The notes under the pieces were generated by a model. The model was not told the origin of the DNA. It saw only the letters and a program-made list of their open reading frames with translations, and made no database searches. Positions 49,952 to 59,583 of a DNA stretch of 64,000 bases are shown here, piece by piece (within the stretch, counting starts at the first letter, position 1; every line of letters begins with the position of its first letter). The position numbers and the translations under genes are program-made. Source of the stretch: a virus (Duplodnaviria; Caudoviricetes); the IMG/VR virus record IMGVR_UViG_3300025372_000010, positions 32,001-96,000 of that record. One strand, 5' to 3'.

Positions 49952-50563
49952 TTATTTATTGTTTTTGATAAGTTCGTTTAACCAAGTTTTTGTACTTACT
50001 GGTCTACCAGTATGTATAGCAAAGTAGTCTCTAATAGTCATCTGTGAATATAAAGCATCTTCCATAGGAGCAGGTGCTTGATATGCAGGAATAGTTGGAG
50101 CAGCTAGAGATTGTGCAGTTACCCATGGCTTAACTGTATTAGTTTCTGTATCATCATCTTTTAATACATCATCTAATATAATAGCAGTAGATACTGGACT
50201 TATTACTTTTGCTTCTTCTAATGGAACTAAGTATGAGTTCTTCTCATTAAGAACATACTCATCTTCAAAGTAGTCATTAGGTGCAATGCGATAGATTTTA
50301 CGATCTGTAGATTGATAGTTTCTTGTAACGATTTCAAAGAACACACCCTTTGGCATCTTAAACTCTGATGCAAATACTCCTATATAGAGTTTGCCATCAT
50401 TAAGTGATTTGTCATAAAAAGCCATCTTAAATGTAAAGTTACTTTCAGAAACACCAAGATCTTTAATCATAGCTTTATGATACTCACGGATCTCTTTGCG
50501 TTTCTCTGCTCTTTCATCTACCGGCTGTTGTTGTGGATTGTAGTTTGCTGTATTGAAAGTCAT
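49952..50563 (-). CDS. Hypothetical protein
   Basis: 203 aa; C-terminal 'MTIRDYFAI' motif. Confidence 0.65.
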   Translation of the reverse strand: MTFNTANYNPQQQPVDERAEKRKEIREYHKAMIKDLGVSESNFTFKMAFYDKSLNDGKLYIGVFASEFKMPKGVFFEIVTRNYQSTDRKIYRIAPNDYFEDEYVLNEKNSYLVPLEEAKVISPVSTAIILDDVLKDDDTETNTVKPWVTAQSLAAPTIPAYQAPAPMEDALYSQMTIRDYFAIHTGRPVSTKTWLNELIKNNK

Positions 50564-50588
50564 GTTGTTAATTGTTTCTTTTTAAGAA

Positions 50589-51653
50589 TTATAGTTCTTC
50601 CCCTATATCTGCTGATACAGCTCTACCTCTTCTTCTGTTTCCAAATGTACTTACCCCATTATTAGCAATAGATACATTTGTGTTGGGTTCAGGTACTTCT
50701 ACCAATTGACCTTTATCAAATTCTGTCTTCATAAATAGTACATTATTATCATCGTTACCATTACGAATCTTTAGTAGATGCATAAATACATCTCCTTTTT
50801 GACAGATATATTCTTTGGGTCCATAGATAGGAATATCTGCTTTTAATGGATTAGCTAATACAATAACCATCTCAGATGCTTGCATAAAAGCATCACCTCC
50901 AAATATATCAGACGAGGTAGGATAGTTCATAATACTACCAGGAGTCTTTCTACTTGGCTCATCAATACTTCTATTGAGCTGAGTGATCATTATAATAATA
51001 ATAGGGAGTTCTTTCTTCACCTGCATAAGAGCTTCTGCAGTGTTGTAGAGAGTTTGTATCTTCTCTCTTTCATCATTAGCTTTCTTAAGAAGCCAACTGT
51101 GGTCAATAGTTACGATCAAAGGCTTACGTCCATTCTCATTGTAGAAGTAGTGTATAGCTTTAACCATCTCCTTATGATCCATAGGTTCGTTTATAAAGTT
51201 ACGCACCACACCTTTACGCTCTAACATCTCTGTTTCTTTAACTAGCTTTTCTATTAGTTGAAAAGTGTAGTCATCAAGAGCTTGTTTAGAACTTAGTATC
51301 ACTCCGTAGTCTTTTGCTGTCTCTGCTGCAAAGTGTCTAGCACCATACTGCTCAGGAGCCATCTCAAACTGGAACTCTAAGATACCAAAGTCTTGGTCGG
51401 GATTTAATAAACGAGATTGTCTTAGTATCTGACTAACAATCATAGTCTTACCGGCACCAGGTCGAGCTCCAATAGTAATCATAGATTGCCATTCTAACCC
51501 ACCTAAGCTTGCATTATTCAAGCCGGCCCATGGTGTTTTAAAGGATTTGATCCTACCATGTTTTCTATTCTCTATATTGTGAAGAGCTTTCTTCAAAACA
51601 TCAGAGAACTTAAGAGACTTATAGGGTCTCACAGTTTGTTGTTGTTCACTCAT
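50589..51653 (-). CDS. DnaB-like replicative helicase
   Basis: 'GARPGAGKT', 'FEM', 'IDH', 'QLNR', 'LKIRNG'. Confidence 0.88.
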   Translation of the reverse strand: MSEQQQTVRPYKSLKFSDVLKKALHNIENRKHGRIKSFKTPWAGLNNASLGGLEWQSMITIGARPGAGKTMIVSQILRQSRLLNPDQDFGILEFQFEMAPEQYGARHFAAETAKDYGVILSSKQALDDYTFQLIEKLVKETEMLERKGVVRNFINEPMDHKEMVKAIHYFYNENGRKPLIVTIDHSWLLKKANDEREKIQTLYNTAEALMQVKKELPIIIIMITQLNRSIDEPSRKTPGSIMNYPTSSDIFGGDAFMQASEMVIVLANPLKADIPIYGPKEYICQKGDVFMHLLKIRNGNDDNNVLFMKTEFDKGQLVEVPEPNTNVSIANNGVSTFGNRRRGRAVSADIGEEL

Positions 51654-51657
51654 AAGA

Positions 51658-51891
51658 TTAAACTAATTCTTCTTTGATTTGAAATACTTCTTTGATCATA
51701 CTAGTTAAATTAGTAGATGCATCTTTTAAACCTTGTAGATAAGCTACCTTAACTAAATGGTTAGCAATGTACTCAAAGTTTTTAAAATCAGTGACTCTTA
51801 GTTCAGGTCTTTCTTTTAGAGCAATTGAAGATCTTTCAAACAGCTCTCTTAAGTTGTCAAACTGTGGGATGTTGATTGTTGGTTCTGACAT
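51658..51891 (-). CDS. Hypothetical protein
   Basis: 77-aa ORF. Confidence 0.55.
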   Translation of the reverse strand: MSEPTINIPQFDNLRELFERSSIALKERPELRVTDFKNFEYIANHLVKVAYLQGLKDASTNLTSMIKEVFQIKEELV

Positions 51892-51912
51892 ATGTTGTGT
51901 ATTTTGGGGTTG

Positions 51913-51944
51913 TAAAGTTAGTGTGTTGTGGTGATGATTACAAA
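51913..51944 (-). promoter_or_regulatory. Bacteroidota-type promoter (variant)
   Basis: TTTG-N20-TAACTTTA on the minus strand in an intergenic gap. Confidence 0.55.
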
Positions 51945-51969
51945 TAAATCTACGACTTATTTTTTAGAT

Positions 51970-52545
51970 TTATGAGTAGATAATGTTAGGGTTATCTAGC
52001 AACATTTGGCAATGATCTGCTAATGAACTCTTTACATCTTTTGTAGTGGTGTCACTTTTTTTAATAAAATATGCACTAGTCATCATGTACATATAGTTCT
52101 TTAAACTAAATCTGTGCACATAGTACTCAGTTGCATCTAGTACAAGATCCCAGTCATATTCTGGATAGTTTTTAAAGAACCAGATGAAGTTATCTTTTAG
52201 CTCTTTCATACTTTGACGAGCTAACTGATTGGACGGCAAACGCTTAGCTGGGAATATCTCACGATACTCTTTAATCTTTTCCATAAAGCCTTCACCTAAT
52301 ACATCTGTTGCTACCTTCTTCTTAGTCTTAACTAGATAGGTTTCAAACTCTTCTAGTATAGCTAAGCCTTTAGCAGTGATAACATTGCTATCACTTAATA
52401 ATCCAGCATCTCTACAAGACTGTGCAACTTGCTCAGTATCAATAAGATCTGATGGTTTAATCTTTTCCCTGCAACAATCAAGCAAGTAAATCTGATTCGG
52501 GGATACTTTGTGTCGGACTATCGTAGTCCATAGTTGATGGCTCAT
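51970..52545 (-). CDS. Putative replication initiator/wHTH protein
   Basis: 'ITAKG' winged-helix-like segment, 'Y..IFP', 'AT..YV'; located upstream of the helicase. Confidence 0.45.
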   Translation of the reverse strand: MSHQLWTTIVRHKVSPNQIYLLDCCREKIKPSDLIDTEQVAQSCRDAGLLSDSNVITAKGLAILEEFETYLVKTKKKVATDVLGEGFMEKIKEYREIFPAKRLPSNQLARQSMKELKDNFIWFFKNYPEYDWDLVLDATEYYVHRFSLKNYMYMMTSAYFIKKSDTTTKDVKSSLADHCQMLLDNPNIIYS

Positions 52546-52990
52546 AAACTTCCTGGTTATATTGTGTTTTAATGTGGTTGATTATTGATGTGTACTTAAT
52601 CTTAAAGTTAGCATCAGTTTCAGCTAAGTTATTAAAAGTAGTGATATTATGTATCACTGTTGTGTGATCCATCTTTAAGTGCTGACCAATCTTTTTTAAA
52701 GAGTAACCCATAGTTCTAGCTATTTTAAAGAACATAGCTCTCACTTCTACCAACTCTCTGTATCTACGATGAGTTCTAATAGTGATTCTTTCTTTCTTTA
52801 AGTGGTCAGGTAAATGTGGGTTAACACACTCTTCTAATACATCTAAAGCCAACATCGGAATGTATCCGTCACTATCTGTATACACCTTAGTGACAATAAT
52901 AGGATAGTACCCAATCTTATCAAAGAACTTAGCTTTGAACTCCTCAATCATTTTTCTTTCTAGTTTACTAGCATAGTTTTTACTGTCCAT
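52478..52990 (-). CDS. DnaA C-terminal HTH domain protein
   Basis: 'R...V..R.M......GYSLKKIG..L..DHTTVIH' DnaA domain IV signature. Confidence 0.75.
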   Translation of the reverse strand: MDSKNYASKLERKMIEEFKAKFFDKIGYYPIIVTKVYTDSDGYIPMLALDVLEECVNPHLPDHLKKERITIRTHRRYRELVEVRAMFFKIARTMGYSLKKIGQHLKMDHTTVIHNITTFNNLAETDANFKIKYTSIINHIKTQYNQEVYEPSTMDYDSPTQSIPESDLLA

Positions 52991-53007
52991 ATTGGTTATT
53001 TTGTGTA

Positions 53008-53015
53008 CAAATGTA
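53008..53015 (-). promoter_or_regulatory. Bacteroidota -7 element at head of replication block
   Basis: TACATTTG on the minus strand, 18 nt upstream of the 52990 start; -33 element weak. Confidence 0.5.
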
Positions 53016-53147
53016 TATTATTTCGGTATAAGTTAACATAGTTATCCAGGTTTTTTTTATAAAAGTCTAGAAAAAACCTTATATTATAGTGTAGGGTTTT
53101 GTGTAGCTCTACACTTCTTAAGTTTATATTTATTAAATCTTATTAAT

Positions 53148-53429
53148 ATGTCTTATCCTCAAAACTTCTACGCTCAGAAGGATTATTTAGGATTTCCTAT
53201 CCCAGGTACTATGATGTCTGTACCTTATGGTAAGGCTATTCCTAAAACTAGTATTGCTATTCCAGCAGCTGATGTTACTCCAGGTAACGGTCAAACTGTT
53301 GTTGCTCACAAAGACAACTTACGTTATTTTGTACGTAAAGATCAAGCTGGTAATATCATACCTAACTCATTGTTTACCAGTTATAAAACACCAACTGGAT
53401 TAGTATATGAGTTTAAATTAGTTCACTAA
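53148..53429 (+). CDS. Hypothetical protein with internal duplication
   Basis: 'FYAQKDYLGFPIPGTM' and 'YFVRKDQAGNIIPNSL' are similar halves. Confidence 0.65.
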   Translation: MSYPQNFYAQKDYLGFPIPGTMMSVPYGKAIPKTSIAIPAADVTPGNGQTVVAHKDNLRYFVRKDQAGNIIPNSLFTSYKTPTGLVYEFKLVH

Positions 53430-53450
53430 TCCTTAAATCTTGAGATACAA

Positions 53451-53741
53451 ATGGCTGCTTCTACAATAGATAAAATTAAGCTTTGGCTATTTCCAGGCTT
53501 AATGAGTTGCTTAGCTGCTCTTATATGGGCAGATGTATCTGAGATTAAATCAGATGTTAAAACATTAATGGCTGTCTCTATAAAAGATGGTATTAGGATT
53601 GATAATTTAGAAGGAAAGCTAAAAACAGCTTCTATTCCTTCAGCTCCAAAAGATGAGATTCCTTTTATGTTTGAAAGAGTAGCTGTTGTTCCAGATAACA
53701 GATTATTTGCTCAAGCTAAATATATAAAACCACTAAAATAA
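53451..53741 (+). CDS. Membrane-anchored protein (holin/antiholin-like)
   Basis: N-terminal TM segment followed by a coiled coil; in the lysis cassette. Confidence 0.5.
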   Translation: MAASTIDKIKLWLFPGLMSCLAALIWADVSEIKSDVKTLMAVSIKDGIRIDNLEGKLKTASIPSAPKDEIPFMFERVAVVPDNRLFAQAKYIKPLK

Positions 53742-53747
53742 CTTACT

Positions 53748-54017
53748 ATGACATTCAAAGAATGGGTTGTTGATTTATTCAAAGACGAAAGAGGAGCTAT
53801 CTCTATAAAGCCAGTTGTTGCTTTTATGGGAGCTTTATTCTTATGTGTTACATTATGTGCTAACTCTTTTACAGAAGAGAAGTTTAAACCTGCTGATAAA
53901 TTAGTGGACGCTGTAATGGTGATCACTGCTATCGGAATGGGTGCTGACTCATTAGATAAATTCACTGTAAAAAAAGATGTATCTGCACCAGCTGCTGAAG
54001 AAAAATCTGAAGAATAA
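53748..54017 (+). CDS. Putative holin
   Basis: 89 aa; two hydrophobic segments; charged C-terminus. Confidence 0.55.
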   Translation: MTFKEWVVDLFKDERGAISIKPVVAFMGALFLCVTLCANSFTEEKFKPADKLVDAVMVITAIGMGADSLDKFTVKKDVSAPAAEEKSEE

Positions 54018-54643
54018 TGAATAAGATAATGACCTTATTAGTCCTTGCACTAATAGGTATTATCGTTTTAGAGAGAACAGGTTGTAGTGGAGCTCTTGGC
54101 TTACACTCTAAAGCTGACACTCTGATAACGCATGATACCACTTATGAAGTGCATGACAGTCTAATCACTAAAAAGATGGTGGTTAATAATACAGTATTTG
54201 AACCAGAATATATCAAAGGTGATACTAAGTATATTCCAGATACTAACTATGCTGTCCTTAAAGCTCAGTTTGAAGCTCTTGTAAAAGAACATGCTTCTAA
54301 GAATATGTATAAGGATAGTTTGAAGTTAGATTCAATTGGTTATGTAGTGGTTAGTGACACTGTACAGTTTAATAAATTAGATAACAGAGGATATCAATAT
54401 CACTATAGCCTACCTCATTATAACACTACTATGACGATCACTAAACATGATCAGCCAAAGACTCAGTTATATATTGGTGGTGGTATAGATGGTAATAGAA
54501 CATTAGGAATCACAGGAATATCTGCTGGATTACTATTGAAAAACAAAAAAGATCAGATATATGGTTTAAAAGTAGGTACTGACATACATGGACAAATCGT
54601 CTATGGTATGGAGTCTTACTGGAAGATCAAACTTAAAAAGTAA
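54017..54643 (+). CDS. Putative spanin-like envelope protein
   Basis: N-terminal TM segment, 'DT'-rich stalk, C-terminal amphipathic beta-strands ending YWKIKLKK. Confidence 0.5.
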   Translation: MNKIMTLLVLALIGIIVLERTGCSGALGLHSKADTLITHDTTYEVHDSLITKKMVVNNTVFEPEYIKGDTKYIPDTNYAVLKAQFEALVKEHASKNMYKDSLKLDSIGYVVVSDTVQFNKLDNRGYQYHYSLPHYNTTMTITKHDQPKTQLYIGGGIDGNRTLGITGISAGLLLKNKKDQIYGLKVGTDIHGQIVYGMESYWKIKLKK

Positions 54644-54649
54644 TATACT

Positions 54650-54868
54650 ATGAAAAAGATTATTGACTTAATCAAAGCTTTACTTGGTGGTGGTTCTTTA
54701 GCAGAAAAAGCTATAGAGCTTAAACAATTAGAGTCTGCTGTAAAAGAAGAAGTTGCTACTGTAAAAGAAGTGGTAGCTGAAAAAACAGCTGAAGTTAAAG
54801 CTGTTGAGACTAAAGTAGCTAATAAGATAGCTCCTAATAAAAATAACAAACCTAATAAGAAAAAATAA
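54650..54868 (+). CDS. Small Lys/Glu/Val-rich protein
   Basis: 72 aa; 'VKEEV/VKEVV' repeats and a basic tail. Confidence 0.6.
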   Translation: MKKIIDLIKALLGGGSLAEKAIELKQLESAVKEEVATVKEVVAEKTAEVKAVETKVANKIAPNKNNKPNKKK

Positions 54869-54874
54869 AACCCT

Positions 54875-55498
54875 ATGGATTTAAGTAAACTAAAAGGAAA
54901 AGGCGTGCCAGATAGTATCTTAGCGATTCTACCTGAAGCTTTCGCAAAGTATGAAATCAACAGTGTGTTAAGAGCTGCTCATTTTTTAGCTCAGATTGCA
55001 CATGAGTCTGGTGACTTTACAATCAAGACTGAGAGTATGAACTACTCTACTCCTGAGCGTATTGTAGCTATATGGCCTAGCCGTTTTAATTTAGACGGAT
55101 CTAATGGTAAGAAAAACGCACATGATTACATTAAGAATCAAGAAAAACTTGCAGAAGCTGTATACGGTGGCCGTATGGGGAATAACAACCCAGGTGACGG
55201 ATTTAGATTCCGTGGTGGTGGATTTTTACAGCTTACAGGTAAGGACGCATACAAAGGTTATGCTGCTTATCTTGGTAAAACAGTTGAAGAAGCTGCAGAC
55301 TTATTAAGATCTGACAACCACTTTGCATTAGATGCAGCTTGTTGGGAGTATGTAAATAACATGAAACTAAATGCTGTAGCTGATACAGGTTCTAGTGATG
55401 AAGTTATTACAAAAATCACTAAGCGTGTTAATGGTGGTACAATTGGTTTGTCAGAACGAATTAAAGAATTTAAACATTTTTATAGTTTACTTAAATAA
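54875..55498 (+). CDS. GH19-family endolysin
   Basis: 'AHFLAQIAHESG', 'E..NYS', 'YGGRMGN...GDG.RFRG.G.LQLTG', 'TKRVNGG'. Confidence 0.9.
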   Translation: MDLSKLKGKGVPDSILAILPEAFAKYEINSVLRAAHFLAQIAHESGDFTIKTESMNYSTPERIVAIWPSRFNLDGSNGKKNAHDYIKNQEKLAEAVYGGRMGNNNPGDGFRFRGGGFLQLTGKDAYKGYAAYLGKTVEEAADLLRSDNHFALDAACWEYVNNMKLNAVADTGSSDEVITKITKRVNGGTIGLSERIKEFKHFYSLLK

Positions 55499-56193
55499 TG
55501 GATTACCAAAAACACTATAATAAGTTGATGGAATCTAGGTTACTTTTAAAGACTGAAAGGTACCAAGAAAGAAAAACTGGAGGATATTATGAAGGACATC
55601 ATATTATTCCTAAAGCTAAAGGAGGAACTGGAACTAGTACAAGAGGTTTAAATCATCCTAATATAGTTCTTCTCACTGCTCGTGAGCACTTTTTAGCCCA
55701 TTGGTTATTGTGGAAAATACATGGAGATAGAGCTTCTGCGTTAGCTTTTCACAAAATGATGTCTACTAATAAAAACCAAGATCGTATAGTTTCCTCTAGA
55801 GGATATGAAGAAGCTAGATTAGCTTTTTCAGAAACCAATAAAGGAAATCAATATGGTAAAGGAAAAACAAAAGTGGTTACAGAAGAACAAAAGAAAAGAC
55901 AGTCTGAACTTATGAAAGGAAGATATTCTGGACAGAACAATCCTTACTTTGATAAAACTCATTCAGATGAATCTAAAAGAAAAATATCAGAAAAAGCTAA
56001 AGCTCGTCCTATAGAAACTAGAAGTGGTTACAAAGGATTGAAGATAGTTATAAAAGATGGAGTTATATTAGGAGAGTTTAAAGAATCAAATGATATTGCT
56101 AAATTTATAGGATGTTCTCACAGTAACATAAGACATGTACTAGCAGGACATCAAAAAAGTGCAAAAGGATATACTATACAATATAAAAACTAA
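55498..56193 (+). CDS. Free-standing HNH homing endonuclease with NUMOD3
   Basis: 'EGHHIIPK...N.V.LTAREHFLAH.LL'; 'HSDESKRKIS'. Confidence 0.8.
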   Translation: MDYQKHYNKLMESRLLLKTERYQERKTGGYYEGHHIIPKAKGGTGTSTRGLNHPNIVLLTAREHFLAHWLLWKIHGDRASALAFHKMMSTNKNQDRIVSSRGYEEARLAFSETNKGNQYGKGKTKVVTEEQKKRQSELMKGRYSGQNNPYFDKTHSDESKRKISEKAKARPIETRSGYKGLKIVIKDGVILGEFKESNDIAKFIGCSHSNIRHVLAGHQKSAKGYTIQYKN

Positions 56194-56199
56194 CAAACT

Positions 56200-56328
56200 A
56201 TGGCAGGTAAAAAAAGCAGTGCTGATAACCGTAAGGTGACTTTCGGTAAGCGTAAAAGAGGTAAAGCGTCTAAGACGAAAGGACCAAAAGATAAACCAGT
56301 TAAACAATATCAAGGACAGGGTAGATAA
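56200..56328 (+). CDS. 42-aa basic peptide ending YQGQGR (not in ORF track)
   Basis: MAGKKSSADNRKVTFGKRKRGKASKTKGPKDKPVKQYQGQGR*; typical AAACTATG start context. Confidence 0.7.
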   Translation: MAGKKSSADNRKVTFGKRKRGKASKTKGPKDKPVKQYQGQGR

Positions 56329-56346
56329 TTTCTACCCTTTTCTTTT
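56318..56346 (+). terminator. Intrinsic terminator ending the lysis cassette
   Basis: AGGGTAGA-taatt-TCTACCCT followed by TTTCTTTT. Confidence 0.65.
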
Positions 56347-56358
56347 AAAACCACTCGT

Positions 56359-56997
56359 ATGAATATAATAATCAATAGAGCTAAACTATACTTTAGCTAT
56401 TTATTTTTATCCTTATTAGGGCTTTGGTTAGCCTTTGCTTTAGGTCTTTGTTTTTACACTGTAGCTCTTGAGCTTATGGGTAAAGAAGATACATTACAAG
56501 ATATGGCTAACAAGTTTGCTTGGAAGTTTGATGGGACTTTTAAAAACAGTCCTGGTAATATCTGGTATAATGAAAAGCGTATCTCTATAGGTGCTGTGAG
56601 CAATAAAGTTCAGATTGGATCTTTAGCCGGCAACCGTAATTTAGAGTTTGGTATCAAGAGTGTACTAGAAGAAGTCATTCAAGATAAAGGATATGATATA
56701 GATCCATCTTCTAAGAATAACATAGAAGTTGATGTAGTGTACTTAGATGTTCTAAAGACACAATCTAGCTTTTCAGTAATGCATAAAGATAAAGAGTCTG
56801 TTGTAATTAGATTACAAGGAAGACTGTTTAAAGATGGAGAAAAGAAACCAAGTAAGAAGATCCTTGTAGAAGAATCAGCTGATGAAGTGAGTATGTCTAC
56901 TTTGGCTATTGACCAAGGTGGTAAGTTCAATCAAACTAATCTAAGCTCAGCCCTTAAAAAAGCAACTGTATCACTTGTAAATAAACTATTAGACTAA
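56359..56997 (+). CDS. Membrane-anchored protein, possible CsgG/TolB-N-like alpha/beta fold
   Basis: N-terminal TM segment; secondary-structure pattern and 'FNQT.LS.A.KKA' C-terminus shared with 59830-60549. Confidence 0.5.
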   Translation: MNIIINRAKLYFSYLFLSLLGLWLAFALGLCFYTVALELMGKEDTLQDMANKFAWKFDGTFKNSPGNIWYNEKRISIGAVSNKVQIGSLAGNRNLEFGIKSVLEEVIQDKGYDIDPSSKNNIEVDVVYLDVLKTQSSFSVMHKDKESVVIRLQGRLFKDGEKKPSKKILVEESADEVSMSTLAIDQGGKFNQTNLSSALKKATVSLVNKLLD

Positions 56998-58826
56998 TGA
57001 AGAAACTTTTAACGACACTTTTTGCGACAGTTTTAGTATTTATCACGACACTTTCTTTTGCTCAGAATCCTATTAAGTTCAGACTTAGTGCTTCTGTTGC
57101 AACAGATGCTCCTGATACAGTTAAGACTAACACAAATGGTACTCTTTTACATAAAGGAGATCAGTTTGTTGTATACTTATCTGCTAACGGTAATGGTAAC
57201 ACAACCACTAGACAGTTATTATTAGATTTTCAGTATGATAATAGTGCGTTAACTTTAACCTCTATTGCTAATACTGGTACTGGTGGAAATGGTGGTGTAT
57301 TACCTCAAGGGTCAAATGCTCAAGAATCTTTCTATCAATACCCTGGATACTCTTTTCATAAAACTACTCAGAACACTACAAGTAATGGTACCACAAACTA
57401 TCAATACTGTAACTATGATTATACTAGTGGAGGTAGTTCTACCATTGTAAGATATAACCTTACTTGGTCAGGAACTCGTGGAATGCCATATGCTAACTAT
57501 TGGGGATTAATAAAAATGGTTTTTACTGTTAAACAGACAATGACAGGATACCTTATGAATCCGATACAGCTAAACTTTGTTTCAGCTTGGACTGGTACTG
57601 GATCATTAGATGCTACTACTCAGGAAAATCCATTAACTATTAAGCCCTACTTAAATCCTAATGCTGACTCATATGTTAATGCTACTATTGATATTAACGC
57701 TAACATGACAGCTATATCTCCTATGAAAGTGTTATTCCAAGATACAACTACTAAGATGTCTCATTTGTATGATATCACTTCTAATGGACAGGTAAATGTA
57801 AATCAACCAGACTTATCTCCAAACACTGTTTACAGAGTTATGGGTATGGTAAATATGGATAAGCTATATAATGTTTATAATGCTGCTGTCACTGTATCAG
57901 ACTTCACAGGACCTCAGAATGAATTCGTAAGTGCTAACCTAGATGGTACGCCTTCTTATTCAGTTATGACTACAGGACCTAGTTTCTTAGCAGCTGATAT
58001 GAATAATGATAAAGTATTTAATGGATCTGACTTACCAATATTATTAGCAGCAGCTATTGCACAAGATACTCTTGTTAAACTTCCTCCAGGTTATACTCCT
58101 GGAACTAATGGATATATGTCTGTATGGACATTTACTGACACTGTATTTAATAATATGACAACTAGTTCTTGGAAAACTCTAGATCTTACAAAACCAGTAT
58201 ATTTTAAGACAGGTAATGTTGGAGATTATCTACCATTGAATCTTAAGTATTTATTATGGGGGGATGTAAATAGATCTCACTCTTCTCAAGTGATTATTAA
58301 TGGCTCACCAGTATCTAGTGCACTTCCAAGCTTACAAAAGTCTGGACAGTTATCTACGTTTGCTGTTGGATCTAATGCTATATTATTAAATACAACTAGA
58401 GATATACCTAGTATTGATGTAAACTTAGTGAATAATACTGTAACATCTAATACCATTTCTATACCTGTATCAGTTGACACTAAAGGATTATCTCTATCTG
58501 CTTTACAGTTTGAGTTTGAATATGATCCTGCTAAGATATCTTTTGATCAGTTAAGCTTAGGCTTACCTAATACATGGTATTCATTTGTATCTTCTAAAGC
58601 TGGTAAAGTGAAGTTTGGTGCTCTAGATAAATCTCTTATCACTGCTCCTTTAACAGGAGTAGCCACTCCATTCACTCTTAAGTTTTCTACTATAGGTGAT
58701 GGTGTTGATATCTTAACGTCAATCAAAGTTACTGCTACAATGGATGCTTCTGATACAAAGGGTAACCAAGTGGGGATTAACTTAAACACAACAACTATTA
58801 AATTAACTGGATATAACAACTTCTAA
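56997..58826 (+). CDS. Secreted cohesin-/dockerin-like domain protein
   Basis: Sec signal (SFA-Q); two 'DFQYD/FEFEYD' cohesin-like beta-sandwiches; 'ADMNNDKVFNGSDL' and 'GDVN' Ca-loop motifs. Confidence 0.6.
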   Translation: MKKLLTTLFATVLVFITTLSFAQNPIKFRLSASVATDAPDTVKTNTNGTLLHKGDQFVVYLSANGNGNTTTRQLLLDFQYDNSALTLTSIANTGTGGNGGVLPQGSNAQESFYQYPGYSFHKTTQNTTSNGTTNYQYCNYDYTSGGSSTIVRYNLTWSGTRGMPYANYWGLIKMVFTVKQTMTGYLMNPIQLNFVSAWTGTGSLDATTQENPLTIKPYLNPNADSYVNATIDINANMTAISPMKVLFQDTTTKMSHLYDITSNGQVNVNQPDLSPNTVYRVMGMVNMDKLYNVYNAAVTVSDFTGPQNEFVSANLDGTPSYSVMTTGPSFLAADMNNDKVFNGSDLPILLAAAIAQDTLVKLPPGYTPGTNGYMSVWTFTDTVFNNMTTSSWKTLDLTKPVYFKTGNVGDYLPLNLKYLLWGDVNRSHSSQVIINGSPVSSALPSLQKSGQLSTFAVGSNAILLNTTRDIPSIDVNLVNNTVTSNTISIPVSVDTKGLSLSALQFEFEYDPAKISFDQLSLGLPNTWYSFVSSKAGKVKFGALDKSLITAPLTGVATPFTLKFSTIGDGVDILTSIKVTATMDASDTKGNQVGINLNTTTIKLTGYNNF

Positions 58827-58828
58827 CT

Positions 58829-59221
58829 ATGAAAAGATTCTTTAACATTTTTGTTGACACTCTTATTGTATTGTCTTTAATACTATTTGTATTTATTAGC
58901 TGCAGAAAAACTGTTGGAGTTGATCCAGTGGTAGCTGCAGGTATAGATCTTGGTAAAACATCTACTAGTACTAGTATTAAGACTTTTTCTCAAACAGGTA
59001 GTACAGTAACTATGGAGTTTGCAACAACTCCAGGAGCTAAATACTCTGTACAGTTCACTCCGTTTGCATTAGATAATACAGTGAAGACTGATAAGTTTAC
59101 AGCTACAGATACTGTAACTAAAAAGATATATGATTTAAGTGATCTTCCTAAAAAAGACTATGATGTGCATTTTATTGACATCCAAGGTAAGGAAGACAAG
59201 CATCCAGTAATAATTAAATAA
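58829..59221 (+). CDS. Lipoprotein with Ig-like domain
   Basis: Lipobox 'FISC'; beta-rich C-terminus 'DLSDLPKKDY...K..IIK'. Confidence 0.6.
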   Translation: MKRFFNIFVDTLIVLSLILFVFISCRKTVGVDPVVAAGIDLGKTSTSTSIKTFSQTGSTVTMEFATTPGAKYSVQFTPFALDNTVKTDKFTATDTVTKKIYDLSDLPKKDYDVHFIDIQGKEDKHPVIIK

Positions 59222-59229
59222 CTATAACT

Positions 59230-59583
59230 ATGGCAACTAAAAAGCAACAAGAGCCAGAAGATAAAATGGCTAAGAACGAAAAGCATAATGACGGTACAAT
59301 GACTGGTTTAAAGAAGACAATCATTGGTACAATATCTACTCTAGTAGTAGGTGGTGGTACTTTCTTAATGTCTTACTTACAAAAACCAAAAGAAGATGCT
59401 AATAAAACAGCTCAGCCCGCTATCAATATTAACATCCCAGCTCAACAACAAGCTCAGTCTACAAAGACAGTCATTGTTAAAGAAGGGTCTAGTTCAGCAG
59501 CAAAGCCAGTTGAAAAACCAGCAGTTGCTAAACCTAAAAAGAAAGAAGGAGATGAATTCAAAGAAGAAGCTCCTAAGTGGTAA
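59230..59583 (+). CDS. Single-pass membrane protein
   Basis: Central TM segment; Lys/Pro-rich tail. Confidence 0.6.
   Translation: MATKKQQEPEDKMAKNEKHNDGTMTGLKKTIIGTISTLVVGGGTFLMSYLQKPKEDANKTAQPAININIPAQQQAQSTKTVIVKEGSSSAAKPVEKPAVAKPKKKEGDEFKEEAPKW

Noticed and set aside
40711-51653. Inteins in PolB, primase or helicase
   Set aside because: Lengths are compact, with no C/S...HN-C/S/T junctions or LAGLIDADG blocks seen
55498-56193. HNH gene as part of an intron in the endolysin
   Set aside because: The GH19 ORF is complete, no group I core elements were seen, and the HNH start simply overlaps the endolysin stop
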